Of a DNA stretch of 64,000 bases, positions 28,601 to 40,834 are shown in pieces. The notes under the pieces are model-generated. The model was not told where the DNA came from and did not search any database. It worked only from the letters and a program-made list of their open reading frames with translations. Every line of letters begins with the position of its first letter. Within the stretch, counting starts at the first letter, position 1. Origin of the DNA: Pseudovirgaria hyperparasitica (Eukaryota); NCBI GenBank assembly GCA_010093815.1, contig ML996568.1; one strand, given 5' to 3'. Position numbers and translations under genes: made by a program.

Positions 28601-29362
28601 AGCGCCGTATCTTTCCTAATGTTCCTAGAGCCGTTTAAGCCTTAAGGTATCCTATCGCGCTACTAGGACCTCCGCTTCCTCTACCTAGTTAGTAAGATAG
28701 ATTTAGGCCTGCTTTTAACATAGTAGTAGCGCGTTAGGTGGTTTTCTTATCCCTTTATCCTCGTGAACTTCTCTTAACGCGTTAATTAGGGATAGAATAG
28801 AAGTATATACTTCCCTAGCTAGGTTATGTTAGCGTGGTTTAGTAAGGTAGACGCTCCACGAAAACTCTTTAACTATCTATCTAGCGACGACTAGGTCGCC
28901 ATTAACGCCGCTCCGAACCTCTTACTACCTCTATAGAGGCATTGCCTAGCTACGACGACGTGGACGCGGTTCGTAAGGCTTCGTAGCCGTTACTATAAGT
29001 ATAGAGAAATAGAATATATTTCGTCTAACTATAAGAATCCGAAAAAAGAATAGACTAGTATATGAGACCTAACTATATCCTTAGCTAAATTATATATACT
29101 TAGGAGGAGCCGTAGCGCCTTCCGGCGAGTAAAGATCTAATATTACTAAAAGTATTATTATCTATAGTAAATAGTAATAAAACTATATAGGCCCTCGTAG
29201 ATACTAGTATAGAAGATAACTATATTTTATCGATTCTCGTAAAGGAGTATAGATTATCGTATAATCTCGGTAAAGTTAGCCGAACTATCGTAGTTAATAG
29301 ATATAAAGTTAGAACTTTAGGTAAAGCTATAACGAATTACGAAGTTTATAACTCGAAGATAA

Positions 29363-29964
29363 TATAAGGAGGCGGGCTCTACGTACCAACCAACTATACC
29401 AAAAGGACCGAATCTTAAAGCTACTACTTCAAGGGTGGAGTACACTACTTATATACGACTACTATATACATGTATAATTAACTAGCAGGTACGTGTCTAA
29501 TAATATCTCCCCTTTTCGAAGGCGCGTACCCTTACGTGTTGTAGGCATCTACCTTACGAAAGATAAACTAAACTAGCTATAATAGGCCTAGTATACGCGC
29601 TAGCCACACTAGGCCTAGTATAAACCATATATACATAATTAATATTCGTAATACCGCCTCTAGTACTAGATACGCTAACTTACCGTAGTAACGTTACTAC
29701 TATATTATCCGTTACATATATAAAGTACACGTAACGTAGTAAGCTAAACGGAATCGTACGAAATTTAATAACGGTTAACTAGACCGAGATTTAAACCTAT
29801 AACCCTATAGTAGCTTTAAGATTATATAAGGAGGCGGGCTCTATATACTAACTAACTATACTAAAAGGACTAAATCTTAAAGCTACTACTTTAAGGGTGG
29901 AGTATACTACTTATATACGACTACTATATACATATATAATTAACTAGCAGGCACTTACCTAACA
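29363..29964 (-). mobile_element. TRIM (terminal-repeat retrotransposon in miniature) inserted in the Gypsy A protease region
   Basis: 140-bp direct LTRs at 29363-29502 and 29825-29964; ~320-bp non-coding interior; reverse PPT tctcccctttt beside the left LTR; 4-bp TSD ataa; removing it restores the protease frame (…ILG.PWL). Confidence 0.9.
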
Positions 29965-32900
29965 ATAATAAAATAGTAGATGTCTAATAAATTTATCGTG
30001 GCTAATATTAGCTAATAGAATATAATTCTAGGGATACCTTAGCTTAGACGCCTAAACCCTATCCTTAATTTTTAGAAGGAGATATTAACGTTCCGACGAC
30101 ACCGTAGTAAATTATACTAGTAAGTTATAACTATTAGTAAGGAGGTATAGAACCTCGCCATGCGGACCCGATTATCACTAATCTATCTTATATTCTTATT
30201 AATTATCGATAAAGATAAGGATGATAGTAATAATTAGGGCGAAGACACGCTACCCGACGTATATTCATAGTATATAGATATATTTTTAGTAGGAGATACG
30301 TTACTTCTCCCTAATTATAGGCCGTATAAGCTAAAGATTAAGCTTAAAGAGGGAGTAGACGTCCCTTATAGCCTACTTTACCTACTTTCGAGACTAGAAC
30401 TTAAAGTTCTTTATAAATATATTAAAGAATACCTTAAAAGAGGCTAGATACGTTATAGTATATTATTAGCCGGCGTATCTATTCTCTTCGTAAAGAAGAA
30501 AGACGGAAGTTTACGTCTATACGTTAACTATTAGATACTAAATACGGTAACTAAGAAGAATCGTTACCTATTACCGCTAGTTAGTAAATCTTTAGACTAA
30601 TTAATAAAGGTAAAGTACTTTATAAAGCTAGATTTACGAGATATATATTACCGGCTTCGAATTCATTACGGAGATAAGTAGAAAACCGCATTTCGGACTA
30701 GATATAGTTATTTTAAGTATACTATTATGCTATTCGGGCTAATAAATGCGCCAGGAGCGTTTTAAGGATACATTAATACTATACTTATAGAATTACTTAA
30801 CGTGATTTACGTAGTTTATCTCGATAATATACTAATTTACTCTAATAGTATATAGGATTATAAAGAACACGTAAAATCGGTACTAAATCGTCTAAGGTAG
30901 TATAAACTCTACGTAAAATTATCTAAATACGAGTTTTACTAATAAGAAGTTAGGTTTCTCGGCTTTATTATAATATATAGCGGCCTAAAAATAGAGCTAG
31001 AGCGTGTAAAGACTATTATAGAATAGCTAGAACCTACTACTATACGTTAAATTAGAATATTTATAGGTTTCGTAAACTATTATTATAAATTCATTATAGA
31101 CTTCTTATAAATTATAGCGTCGCTTAATAAACTTATAGAGAATAGCGGTAAAATCTCTATAGGTAGGCGAGTATAGCGTAAAGCTAAGTTAGTCGAGATA
31201 TAGTTAACGCTAGAAGCGCGAGATACGTTCCGATCATTAAAGAATTACTTTATAACTACGCTAAGTCTTAGGTATTTTAATCCCGAGAAGTATATTTAGG
31301 TCAAAACTAACGCGTTAGGATTTATAATTACTAGAATTATTAGTTAACTATATAAAGATACGAAAGATAAGGTATAATGGCACCCGGTCGCTTTCGTTTC
31401 CTATAAAATAGCGGATATAGAGACGCGTTATAATATATATAACTAGAAACTACTTATAATTATCGAGAGTTTTAAGTAATAGCGACATTATTTAGAAGGC
31501 TCTATATATTAGATCGAATTATTATCGGATTACGTAAATCTACGTTACTTTATATTAACTAAGATCCTTAATCGCCGATAAGTACGTTAGGCTAAGTAGA
31601 TATTAATATTTAACTTTAAAATCTTATATAAAGCTAGAAGAGAGAATAAAGCTAATCCTCTATTACGGCGTAAAGATTATAAGAAATCATTATAGAATAA
31701 CGTAGATAGTCGGTATAAGTTAGACTATACTATACTTTAGATACTATAAGACTAGTTATCTAATAGAATACTAGAAGCTAGGACACTTTTAGCGATTCTC
31801 CGCGGGAATTAGAGTGGGTATTAAGTAATCTAAATAAATATCTAAGAAACTAAGAAAACCCTTAAAGACTTAATTAAATCTACCTAGAATTCTAATATAT
31901 TAGTAAAGAAAGTTATAAGTATAAAAGGAAGCGCTATAGATCCGCTATAGTTATTAAGGTAGAAACGACGATTAGACGCGATCTACTTCTAAGGCCGACT
32001 CTACGTGCTAGAAGGCGGCTTATAAATTAATATTTTAAGGGAATAGTATAATTATATATTAGTAGAGTACTTTAGCGTTATAAGGACGGTCGATTTAATC
32101 CGAAGGACGTATAACTAGCTAGGTCTTTATAAATATATAAAAGACTACGTAAAAATGTATAACGTTTACTAGCATATAAAAGTATATAGATACTTACTAT
32201 ATAGCGAATTAAGGCTATTACCTATACTAAAGGAGGTATAGAAGGAATTATTAATAGATTTTATTATAGATCTACCCCTAAGTAAGTATTCTAGGTATAT
32301 TTATAATAGTTTACTTATAGTTCTAGATAGATTTATAAAGATATTATACTATATCTCTATAAGAAAGACGATCTAAGTACTAGATCTTATAGATATACTA
32401 CTCCGTAACGTAGTCCGGCTCTATAGTATACTAAATAGTATAGTTTTAGATAGAGGTCCGTAGATAATATCTAAATTTTAGAAGGATTTCTACTATACGC
32501 TAGGAATTAAGCGGAAACTTAGTACTATATTCCACCTATAAATAGATAGGTAGATAGAGCGGTAGAATTAGATAGTCGAGGCGTATTTACGCGTATATTA
32601 TAACTATAAGTAGAATAACTAGGTAAGGTTAGTCTATATCGCGGAATTCGTATATAATAATAGCCGATATACGTTAATCTACGTAAGTCTATTTAAAGTA
32701 AACTTCGGTCGGAACTATAATACATAGTTCTTAGGAACTTAGTTTAAAGTAGAACGACCTAACGTTAAAGTAATAGAAATTACTATAGAACTATTCTAAA
32801 CGTAAAGAAGCGTTATAAAGTTACTATAAGATACTACGAATTATAGTAAATCGTACTATAATAAGGGTAGAAAACCTATAATCTTTAATATTAGGGATAA

Positions 32901-34269
32901 AGTTTTACTAAATCGTAAGAATATTCATAGTATTAGGCTAAAGAAGAAGCTTAACTATATAATAATAGGTCTATATAAGATTACTTATATAATTAATAAC
33001 TAGGCGTATAAGTTATAACTCCCTTCTACGTTAAAGATATATAATATATTCTATATTACGCTTCTTAAGCTATTTCATACCTTATTATTACTAGATCGTT
33101 CCGAATAGATACTATATAAAGTAGTTATATAAGAAGGTATAGATATCTATAAAGTTAAATAGATACTTAGCTAGTAACGCGCCAAAGATAGTATATAGCT
33201 ATATAAAATTTATTAGAAAGGATATAATCCTAACGAAGATACTTAGGAACCTATAATAAATATTAGTATAGTAGTAATATTAGTATATAAGTAGCGATTA
33301 GTAAAGAAAGCCGTAGAATCGTAGAGAATTATACTAAAGTATAGTAATTTAACGTTTTTTAGTATAGTTTAGTACTAAGGACGGCTATCTAAAAGGAAGA
33401 AGGTAAAAGAGATATAGATCTTTAAAACATTCTAAGGAATTAAGGAACTTCCTTAGAAAGTTCGAACTTAGAACTTTAAAAAATTTAACTAAAAAAGAGA
33501 CTTAGAAAAATAATTTACTAAGAGAAATAGATATCAAAAATCGGTACTAATCGGTATAGATTAGTATAGATTACTAAAGAGATTAAAGAAGTTATTATTA
33601 AAGAAAGATAAAATTAAGAAAGCTAAAAGAAAATATAAAGATCTATATAGATCTATATAAACTCATACTAATATATCTAGAAGAAGTAAGATCGCTTTAA
33701 AATTAAAACTAAAAAACTAAAAACGCTAGATAAAAGAGATATATTAGTACCGATTAGTATAGATCTAAACTAATTAAGTTAGAGTAGGAGTAGAAGTACT
33801 AATTACCGCGATAGTTATATCTAATTCCTTCCACTAGATCTTATTTAGTATAGTATAGAGCTTTATAATATAAGTCTCTAGCCTTTTATTCTAACGCTAT
33901 AAATTCTATATAGTACGCCTTATAGCTATAAACTCCTCTATAGAAATCTATAGAGCGGTAGAACCCGGGATAGAGAGGGACGGACCGGTATAGACACGCT
34001 AAGAATTATATAAATCAGCGAAAAGATTTAACAATCGGTATAGAACCATATACCTTTAGTATAGAAACTTCTAGATTAGAGCTATCTTCCCTAAATTTAT
34101 AGCTCTTTAGTACGCGCGAGGAAGGAACCTTAGCCTTTTTACTAGAATCTTTTCTAGGAATTTTAATATCGCTAGTATATAGAAAGAAGTCCGAAGTAGT
34201 AGAGATTTTAGTACTATTATAGAGATTAATATATATTAGTAAGAATCTATAACGATTTAAGAAAAATGA

Positions 34270-34755
34270 TATTACCTAGTAATCGCGGTAATAATAGCTA
34301 TAGTAGATTCTAATAAATCCTTACGGATCTTATTAGAATCGTACTTCTAGGCGTAACTCTTACCTTAGATATATAGCTCGTAGAAAGCCTTCTCTAAGGC
34401 GTTATAATTAGTAGTACTACGCTCCTTATTAGTAGGGGTTACTAGAGGTCTAGTAGTAATCTATACTAATATAAGTAAATCTATATAAAGTTCTTCAAAC
34501 TTACTTAAATACCTATAAGTAATAACGCTTCTTAGTTATATAAGTACCGTATATTATAGATTTAGTACTACCGTAAGTAATATACGACGGAAAGCGATAA
34601 CTATAATAATATATAGCTAGATTATTAGAGCCCGGCCTAGGTTAGGGTAGATTAATAGCTTTCGATATATTAGTAACATATATAAGATAGAGATTATTCG
34701 AAGGCGCCTATTTCCGCGCTAATTACTTTAGAGCGTCGAGATTTTGGGAAACTAT
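34270..34755 (-). pseudogene. Putative antisense Cys-rich ORF in the 3' region of Gypsy A
   Basis: Reverse frame reads (M)VSQNLDALK.LARK.APSN..(C)L.(C)V…, with many tat/tac codons at CxxC spacing (RIPed tgt/tgc); may extend further. Confidence 0.4.
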
Positions 34756-35372
34756 ATTATAATTATTATTAATTTATATAGATTATTACGAATTATATTA
34801 TTACTAGCTAAGGATAGCACGAAAATTAGTAAATTACGTAAATCGTACTAAATTATAGTAAATCTATATAAATCTATATCTATAAGGATCGGGTGATATA
34901 CCTAATAATCTAAAAAACTCTATAAAGAGTTAAGAAGTTTTTTAAAGAAAGGAATATTTCTAAGAAAAGATTTTAATATAGGTAGTACCTAGGCTTACCT
35001 AATTACATTACGTGATACGCTAGGCCTAATTAGATAATCTTATCTATATAAGAAGTTAAGATAGATAAAATCTAGTTTATTAGAAAAACGCTTATATAAA
35101 TCTTAGATCGGCGAATATTAGTAAGTATCTAAGACGAAGTATAGAGAATAACTAAGATCTTATAAGACTTAGAATAGGGATATAGAGATAGATAATAATC
35201 TAGATCGCTAAGGGTAGCTTCCTAGAGGGAAGGGATAATTATTAGAACTTAGCCTTACTAGATAGGACTCGATCTATATATACCTTAGCTAATAGAGTTA
35301 GAAGATAACGTAAAGGGCGGTAAATAGTTACGTGCTAGATAGATTAGCGTCCCTTTATATATATACTCTCGG

Positions 35373-38254
35373 CTACGAAGCCTTACGAACCGCGTCCACG
35401 TCGTTATAGCTAGGCAATGCCTCTATAGAGGTAGTAAGAGGTTCAGAGCGGCGTTAATAGCGACCTAGTCATCGCTAGATAGATGGTTAAAGAGTTTTCG
35501 CGGAGCGTCTACCTTACTAAACTATACTAATATAACCTAGCTAGGGAAGTATATACTTCTATTCTATCCCTAATTAACGCGTTAAGAGAAGTTCACGAGG
35601 ATAAAGGGATAAGAAAACCACCTAACGCGCTACTACTATGTCGAAAGCAGGCCTAAATCTATCTTACTAACTAGATAGAGGAAGCGGAGATCCTAGTAGC
35701 GCGATAGAATACCTTAAGGCTTAAACGGCTCTAGAAACGTAAGGAACACGTCGAGGGTAACTAAGAAACTACTACTAGAAGAACTTATTAAAGCTAACTC
35801 TCCTATAGTATTAAACTACGTTTATTAAGCCGCCTAGTACGACTACTAGTAGCACGACTCTATTAAGACCTTTCGCTCGATACGAGATACCACTTTACTA
35901 CTAATAGATAGAGTGGCTCCCGCGTACGAGAGATGTTATAGTCTACTATAGAAGGTGGGATACTAGAGTATATAGATAATAGTATATAGATATAGGTAGG
36001 AGGTAGCTATAGGGACCCTTTAAGAGTAGTAGAAATAAGTCGGGTTAGTAGAAAGAGAATACCTAAGTCGCCTAGGCGTATATACGTAAGGGATTTAGAG
36101 GATACTCTCCTATAAGATACGGTCGGCCTATTATAGAGAGATTCTTATAGGTAACGCGAAACCGAAAAGTAGTAATACTTAAAGGCGGGGCGTGGTATAT
36201 AGTAGTAACTACTAGCTCTAAGGACCTTACCCCTTTAATAGGCTCTAACCCTTAGTATATCTAGAAGTAGATAGGATTACGTCCTAGCTAGAGAGACTAC
36301 TATATAGCCCGAGAGAACGGATACGTATATTAATTTATAAAGAGATAGAACGTGTCGTCTATAAGGTATATACGCTAGTATTATAAGTTTAAGGAGTAAA
36401 CCTCGTAGTTACCTAGCTAGAAGAGGCTTTAGTTACCTCTTCTAGTAGAGCCGGAGGTATAAGTCTAGAGGGGATAAGATAAGGCGAAAACAGGAGTAGG
36501 GTCTAATGGTATAGGGCACGTCGAACCTACAGGAGTTATCTAACTCCGAACTAGAGGCCCTAGGTACTAGAGCGAATATAGAGAGACGGCATGCGGCATC
36601 CTACAAGGGAGCACCATCTCTCCAATCCTATTCCTCTTCTTTATAGTAGACCTTCTTTAAGGAATAAAGTATATAGAGGTAGTCGGATACGCCGATAACA
36701 TATACCTTCTAGCCATCGATAATAATACTAACCGAACGTATAGACGACTAGAATAGGACTACGAGAGGTGTCTCTAGTGGGTAAAACGCCACGGAGTAAA
36801 GTTCGCCCTAGAGAAATACTAGCTCATGCACTTTATTAATCGTTAAGAGAAATAGGTAACTAGGGAAGGCGAATAACGCCCCTAAATCAACGCATTTAAT
36901 GAACTACTAGTATAAAGTATACACGCGCTCGGAGTTATACTAGATAGTAAGCTTAAATAGGGACCATAAGTAGTATATACCGTCTCTAGGGCCCTCCGGG
37001 TAGAAGCCGCTATATAACGGATTATAGTCTCTACGTAGAGAACCGCCCGGGATAAGGTACGCCAGCTATATATATCTATAGTACGACCCGCCTTTACGTA
37101 CGGACACGAGTACTAGTACACGGCCCTTATATAGACTAGGCGAATAAAGCTCGAATCTATATAGAACCGTATACTCCGTCTTATATTAGACGTATATAAA
37201 GCTACTAATACGATGCTACTACGACGCGAGATAGACGTTATAAGTATATATAACTTCTACTAGATATAGAGGGTGGTATACTTTACTAAATAATAAGTAT
37301 AGAAACGTATAGAAAACGCAGAATATACTTTCGCCGCGCTATATGTACGAATTAGTATATATTACCGCGCACTTCTATATATAGACCGGAATCGAATACG
37401 GTATAGGTGCTTAATAGAAGCCGACTCTAGCTAAGTAGTATAAGAAGTCCGAGACAACCCGGACGCTCTCCTAGACCGGTAGAGCCTTTAAGAACTTATA
37501 AAAAATATACGGTCGTGGACTTAAGATAAGTAGAAAGAGGCACTCCGTGCCTACTAGACCTCCTAGTAGAATAGATACCTAGAGTAGATTCGAGGGCCAT
37601 AGAAGGAACTAAGTAAATAGATATATAAAGGGCTAACGAAAGCCTAAGTATCTATACTTATCTAAGCCCGAACGGGCGCCATAGAACTCCTATACTATAT
37701 CTATAAGAGAGGCGTTCCCGACACCTCCCTATAGTATAAGGCGTACGGCTAGAGAGGTATAATACGCCACTATCTAGCTATATACCCTAACCTCTATATA
37801 TAACGGTAATAGCTTATCCACATTACGAAGACTTTAGATATTATATAATAGCTTAATAAGTACCCTAAGGACGTCTCCTAATAGATACTTATATATCTAC
37901 TACTCCTCTAGTACTAGTAGACCCGGAAATATATACCGGAAGAGACCCGGTATACGCCGGTAGTAACCCGATATATACCGGAAGAACCCCGGGAGAACCC
38001 CGATTATTAGTTAAGGGCAGCCCTTAACTAATAACCTCCACACCTATACGTGCTATCTAAGGGTAAAATAATAGTAATATAGGCTATAGACTAATAGGCG
38101 TACCCTATAGCTATATACTTAAGACGAAATAGAGGTTTAACAAGATATAGTTATAGATATAAGGAAGTTTTTCTCTATGGGGTTTCTTCTTATATAGTGG
38201 CTTAGACTAGAGGAGGCATAGGCCTATAGAGTACTACTCTACCTAGTTATATAA

Positions 38255-38274
<20 letters not shown>
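35373..38274 (+). mobile_element. Composite non-LTR retroelement copy 2 (5' module 35373-36559 + ~1.7-kb LINE 3' end) inserted in the 3' LTR of Gypsy A
   Basis: TSD ttatatatatactctcgg at 35355-35372 and 38275-38292; (TAT)n tail; LINE part starts mid-RT (GI.QGSTISPILF, VGYADD) and ends with a C-terminal zinc-finger-like motif and the palindrome. Confidence 0.9.
38004..38034. repeat. 31-bp palindrome, copy 3 (LINE ORF2 stop)
   Basis: ttattagttaagggcagcccttaactaataa; the apparent ORF2 C-terminus reads through it to a tandem stop. Confidence 0.95.
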
Positions 38275-38286
<12 letters not shown>

Positions 38287-40803
38287 TCTCGGATTCCTAC
38301 TAAAAGGGTTTGGTAGTAATTCGTTCTATAATAGAATACACCCTATTGTTCTATCTAACTATACTACTATCTAATAACCCTATTCTTATAGTTAACTCGA
38401 TTTAATCGTAGGGTATATACTATTAAGACCGATTTTCTATTATCGATCTAGCGGAAACGGCATCGCAGGGTAATCTTAGAACGGTGTTTAGGGAAATCAA
38501 GTATCTCGCAAGAACATAAGATTAATTATTTAAAACCGTATCCTTTACTACGCGCCTCGAATATAGCTTCTTCGATCTCGGTCTATGTTTATTCAATTAC
38601 TTCCTCGCTAGTAACTATAGCGTTATAGAGGTCGGCGAATATAAGATAAATATCATTCTAAGTAAGGGAGACTTAACATAGAAAGTAATCTAGTACTAGT
38701 ACTTTTAAAGGTCGGACTCCGGCGACTTTATACTCGTTGTTTAGACGGTAGTCGCTAGTAATAGTAGTAAAGAGCGGTGGCTCGTCTATGGCTAAAGAGA
38801 CTTTAGAAGCACTATTATTAGAAAGGTTATTATAAGGCGTAGCAGATTCAGTGGCTACGACTTTATCTAGGTTTTCTATAATACCATGAATTAATTCTTT
38901 ACTATCCATGATAAGGCGCTCCGTACTCCCGTATAATTTGGTTTCTTAACTAATGGAAGATATACTAAAGATATTAAGTATATTATGTATTAAAGTAAAA
39001 GAGAAGAGAGATAAATAAAAGGTAAAGTTTAATACCAAGACGTCTAAAGGAAGCGGTGGTTAATAGAGCTAAAGTAACGGTAGCTAAGGTAATAAGGTTA
39101 AGGGTAGCTCGTTAGGAATAATATTTACTATACTCGCCTAAATTAGTACGACTATTACGTAAATAACGTAAGGGATATCAACGTAAATAGGGAGTAAAAA
39201 CATTATAAAGGAAAATCATAGAAGGTAGAAATATATCGAACGCTAAAGAGGATTACCTAGCTAGCACGTAATTTCTTTAAACGTTTACGTGCGTTAAAGG
39301 CTACTACCATTTTAGATATATTACGTATTAGATCCGATTTACGTACCTAGTCTAGCTTATCGTAGCCCTTCTATATAACTTTAAGGTAAGATACCGCTTT
39401 AGTTTCACCTTCTAGGCGCCGTAACCTACGGGCTAGTATTTAATTAATAATATAGGCGGCTTCGCCCTCGATTTCTTTAATAGAGCCGGGGTCGCGAATT
39501 AATCTATTAAGAGTATCTAGCGTATATAGTTCGAGGTAAGTAATTAAGATAACCGGGTGAATTTTAACGTGTTTAGGGAGTTCGAGTCGGAAGGTAACCT
39601 AAGTAACTTTCTCGAGTACCTTATAGAGACCGACTTTCTCTAGATTAAGGTAGGACATTAAGAGTAATCGATACCCTTTAGTACTAGGCTTACGTATAAC
39701 TTTTAGCTAAACCTAATTATCTATATTAACCTTACTATAACGATTATCGAAGAAGATTACTATTTTAGCTTAAGCGACGGTTATTATCTCTTTAGCCTAA
39801 TTACGGATGTCTTAGCGGGATAGAGTAAAATCTTCCGCCGATTACTCGTTCTTATTTAATGGCTAGGATAGTATTATTACTATTATCGGATCCCTTAGGC
39901 GTACACCGTACATAAGTTCGAATGGGGTTTTATTCGTTATAGAACTCGTTATCGTTAGTAAGGTGTATTCCACTATTAGGAGTAATTCATCCCATTCTAT
40001 AATATTCTTATTCTCCTTAATAATTAAGTATTAAAGGATTATTTCCACGGTTAAATTTATCCGTTCGCTCTACCTATTTGCTTTAGAATTATAGGCTACG
40101 GTAACTACTATTATAACCCTTATAATATTAAATAGTACACGCTAGAATTAGCTTAGAAATCGCGAATCGCGATTAGAGATAATAACCTTTAGTATGGTCT
40201 AACTAGCGACGACGTAGTCATGAAAACCAACTACCCATTCCTATGTAGTCTAAGTATCCTTCCCGGGTATAAGCTTAACTCCTTTAGTAAATTTATTAGT
40301 AATAGTAAGGTACTAATTAAAGCCGTTAACGGTTATTAGTAGTCCTATAATAAAGTCTATTAAGATTGTATGAAATGGTATTAGAGGAGTAACTACTAGT
40401 ATTAATTCCCCGATTGGTTGTCTATTTAATACTTTAGAGGCGCTATAAGTAGGGTATTAGTTAATATAGCCTCGTACGTAATCTCTAAGCTTTAGAATAA
40501 ATAGATTCTACTATAGACGAATATATATATCGTTTATATCTCGATATCTACCTTTAGTATAAGCCTAATCTATAATAATAATATTAGTAAACTAGGTAGA
40601 GTACCACTCTATAGACGCATGCCTCCTCTAGTCTAAGCTACTATATAAGAAGAAACCTACGAATAGGAAAAACTCCCTTATATCTATAACTACGCTCTGT
40701 CTATCCTCTCGTTCTTTATATATATATAGCCCTAGGGCTACCCCTAGGCCTATAGCCTATATTATAATGGTTTACCCTTAGGTAGCACGTGTAGGTACGG
40801 AGA

Positions 40804-40834
40804 TTATTAGTTAAGGGCTACCCTTAACTAATAA
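40804..40834. repeat. 31-bp palindrome, copy 4 (LINE ORF2 stop)
   Basis: ttattagttaagggctacccttaactaataa (one RIP-type change at the centre). Confidence 0.95.

Larger units (their letters stand above)
6973..28621 (+). mobile_element. Giant (~22 kb) Plavaka/CACTA-like (CMC) DNA transposon with multi-gene cargo
   Basis: Bounded on both sides by the two halves of composite copy 1; contains a Plavaka transposase; right end ...tttcctaatg (reverse complement cattaggaaag, compatible with mutated CACTA/CACTG), preceded by subterminal tandem repeats. Left end is in the gap, so TIR and TSD cannot be verified. Confidence 0.8.
5071..28987 (-). mobile_element. Composite non-LTR retroelement copy 1 (5' module + ~570-bp LINE 3' end), split by the Plavaka element
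   Basis: 16-bp TSD cgttactataagtata at 5055-5070 and 28988-29003; (ATA)n tail at 5071-5088; LINE 3' part 5071-5640; module parts 5641-6412 and 28622-28987 are reverse complements of 35373-36559. Confidence 0.88.
3545..38390 (+). mobile_element. Ty3/Gypsy chromovirus A, interrupted by nested insertions
   Basis: 5' LTR 3545-3772; gag ~3800-5070 resuming at 28988 (split CCHC knuckle); protease ALVDTG ~29190; RT (LFVKKKDGSLRL, YLDD ~30815); RNase H; integrase; chromodomain ~33140-33290; PPT gagggaaggga ~35225; 3' LTR 35240-35372 plus 38293-38390. Confidence 0.92.

Noticed and set aside
6973..28621. Starship or Helitron identity for the giant element
   Set aside because: No DUF3435 tyrosine recombinase or Rep/PIF1 motifs seen; the transposase is Plavaka-type and the helicase is Upf1-like.
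28622..35740. ~370-bp inverted repeats flanking Gypsy pol, suggesting a TIR element
   Set aside because: They are the 5' ends of two separate composite retroelements in opposite orientation, each with its own TSD.
38004..38075. Hammerhead ribozyme suggested by de-RIPed CTGATGA...GAAA
   Set aside because: No NUH cleavage triplet abuts stem I and stem II lacks a proper closing pair; CTGATGA is just the palindrome arm.
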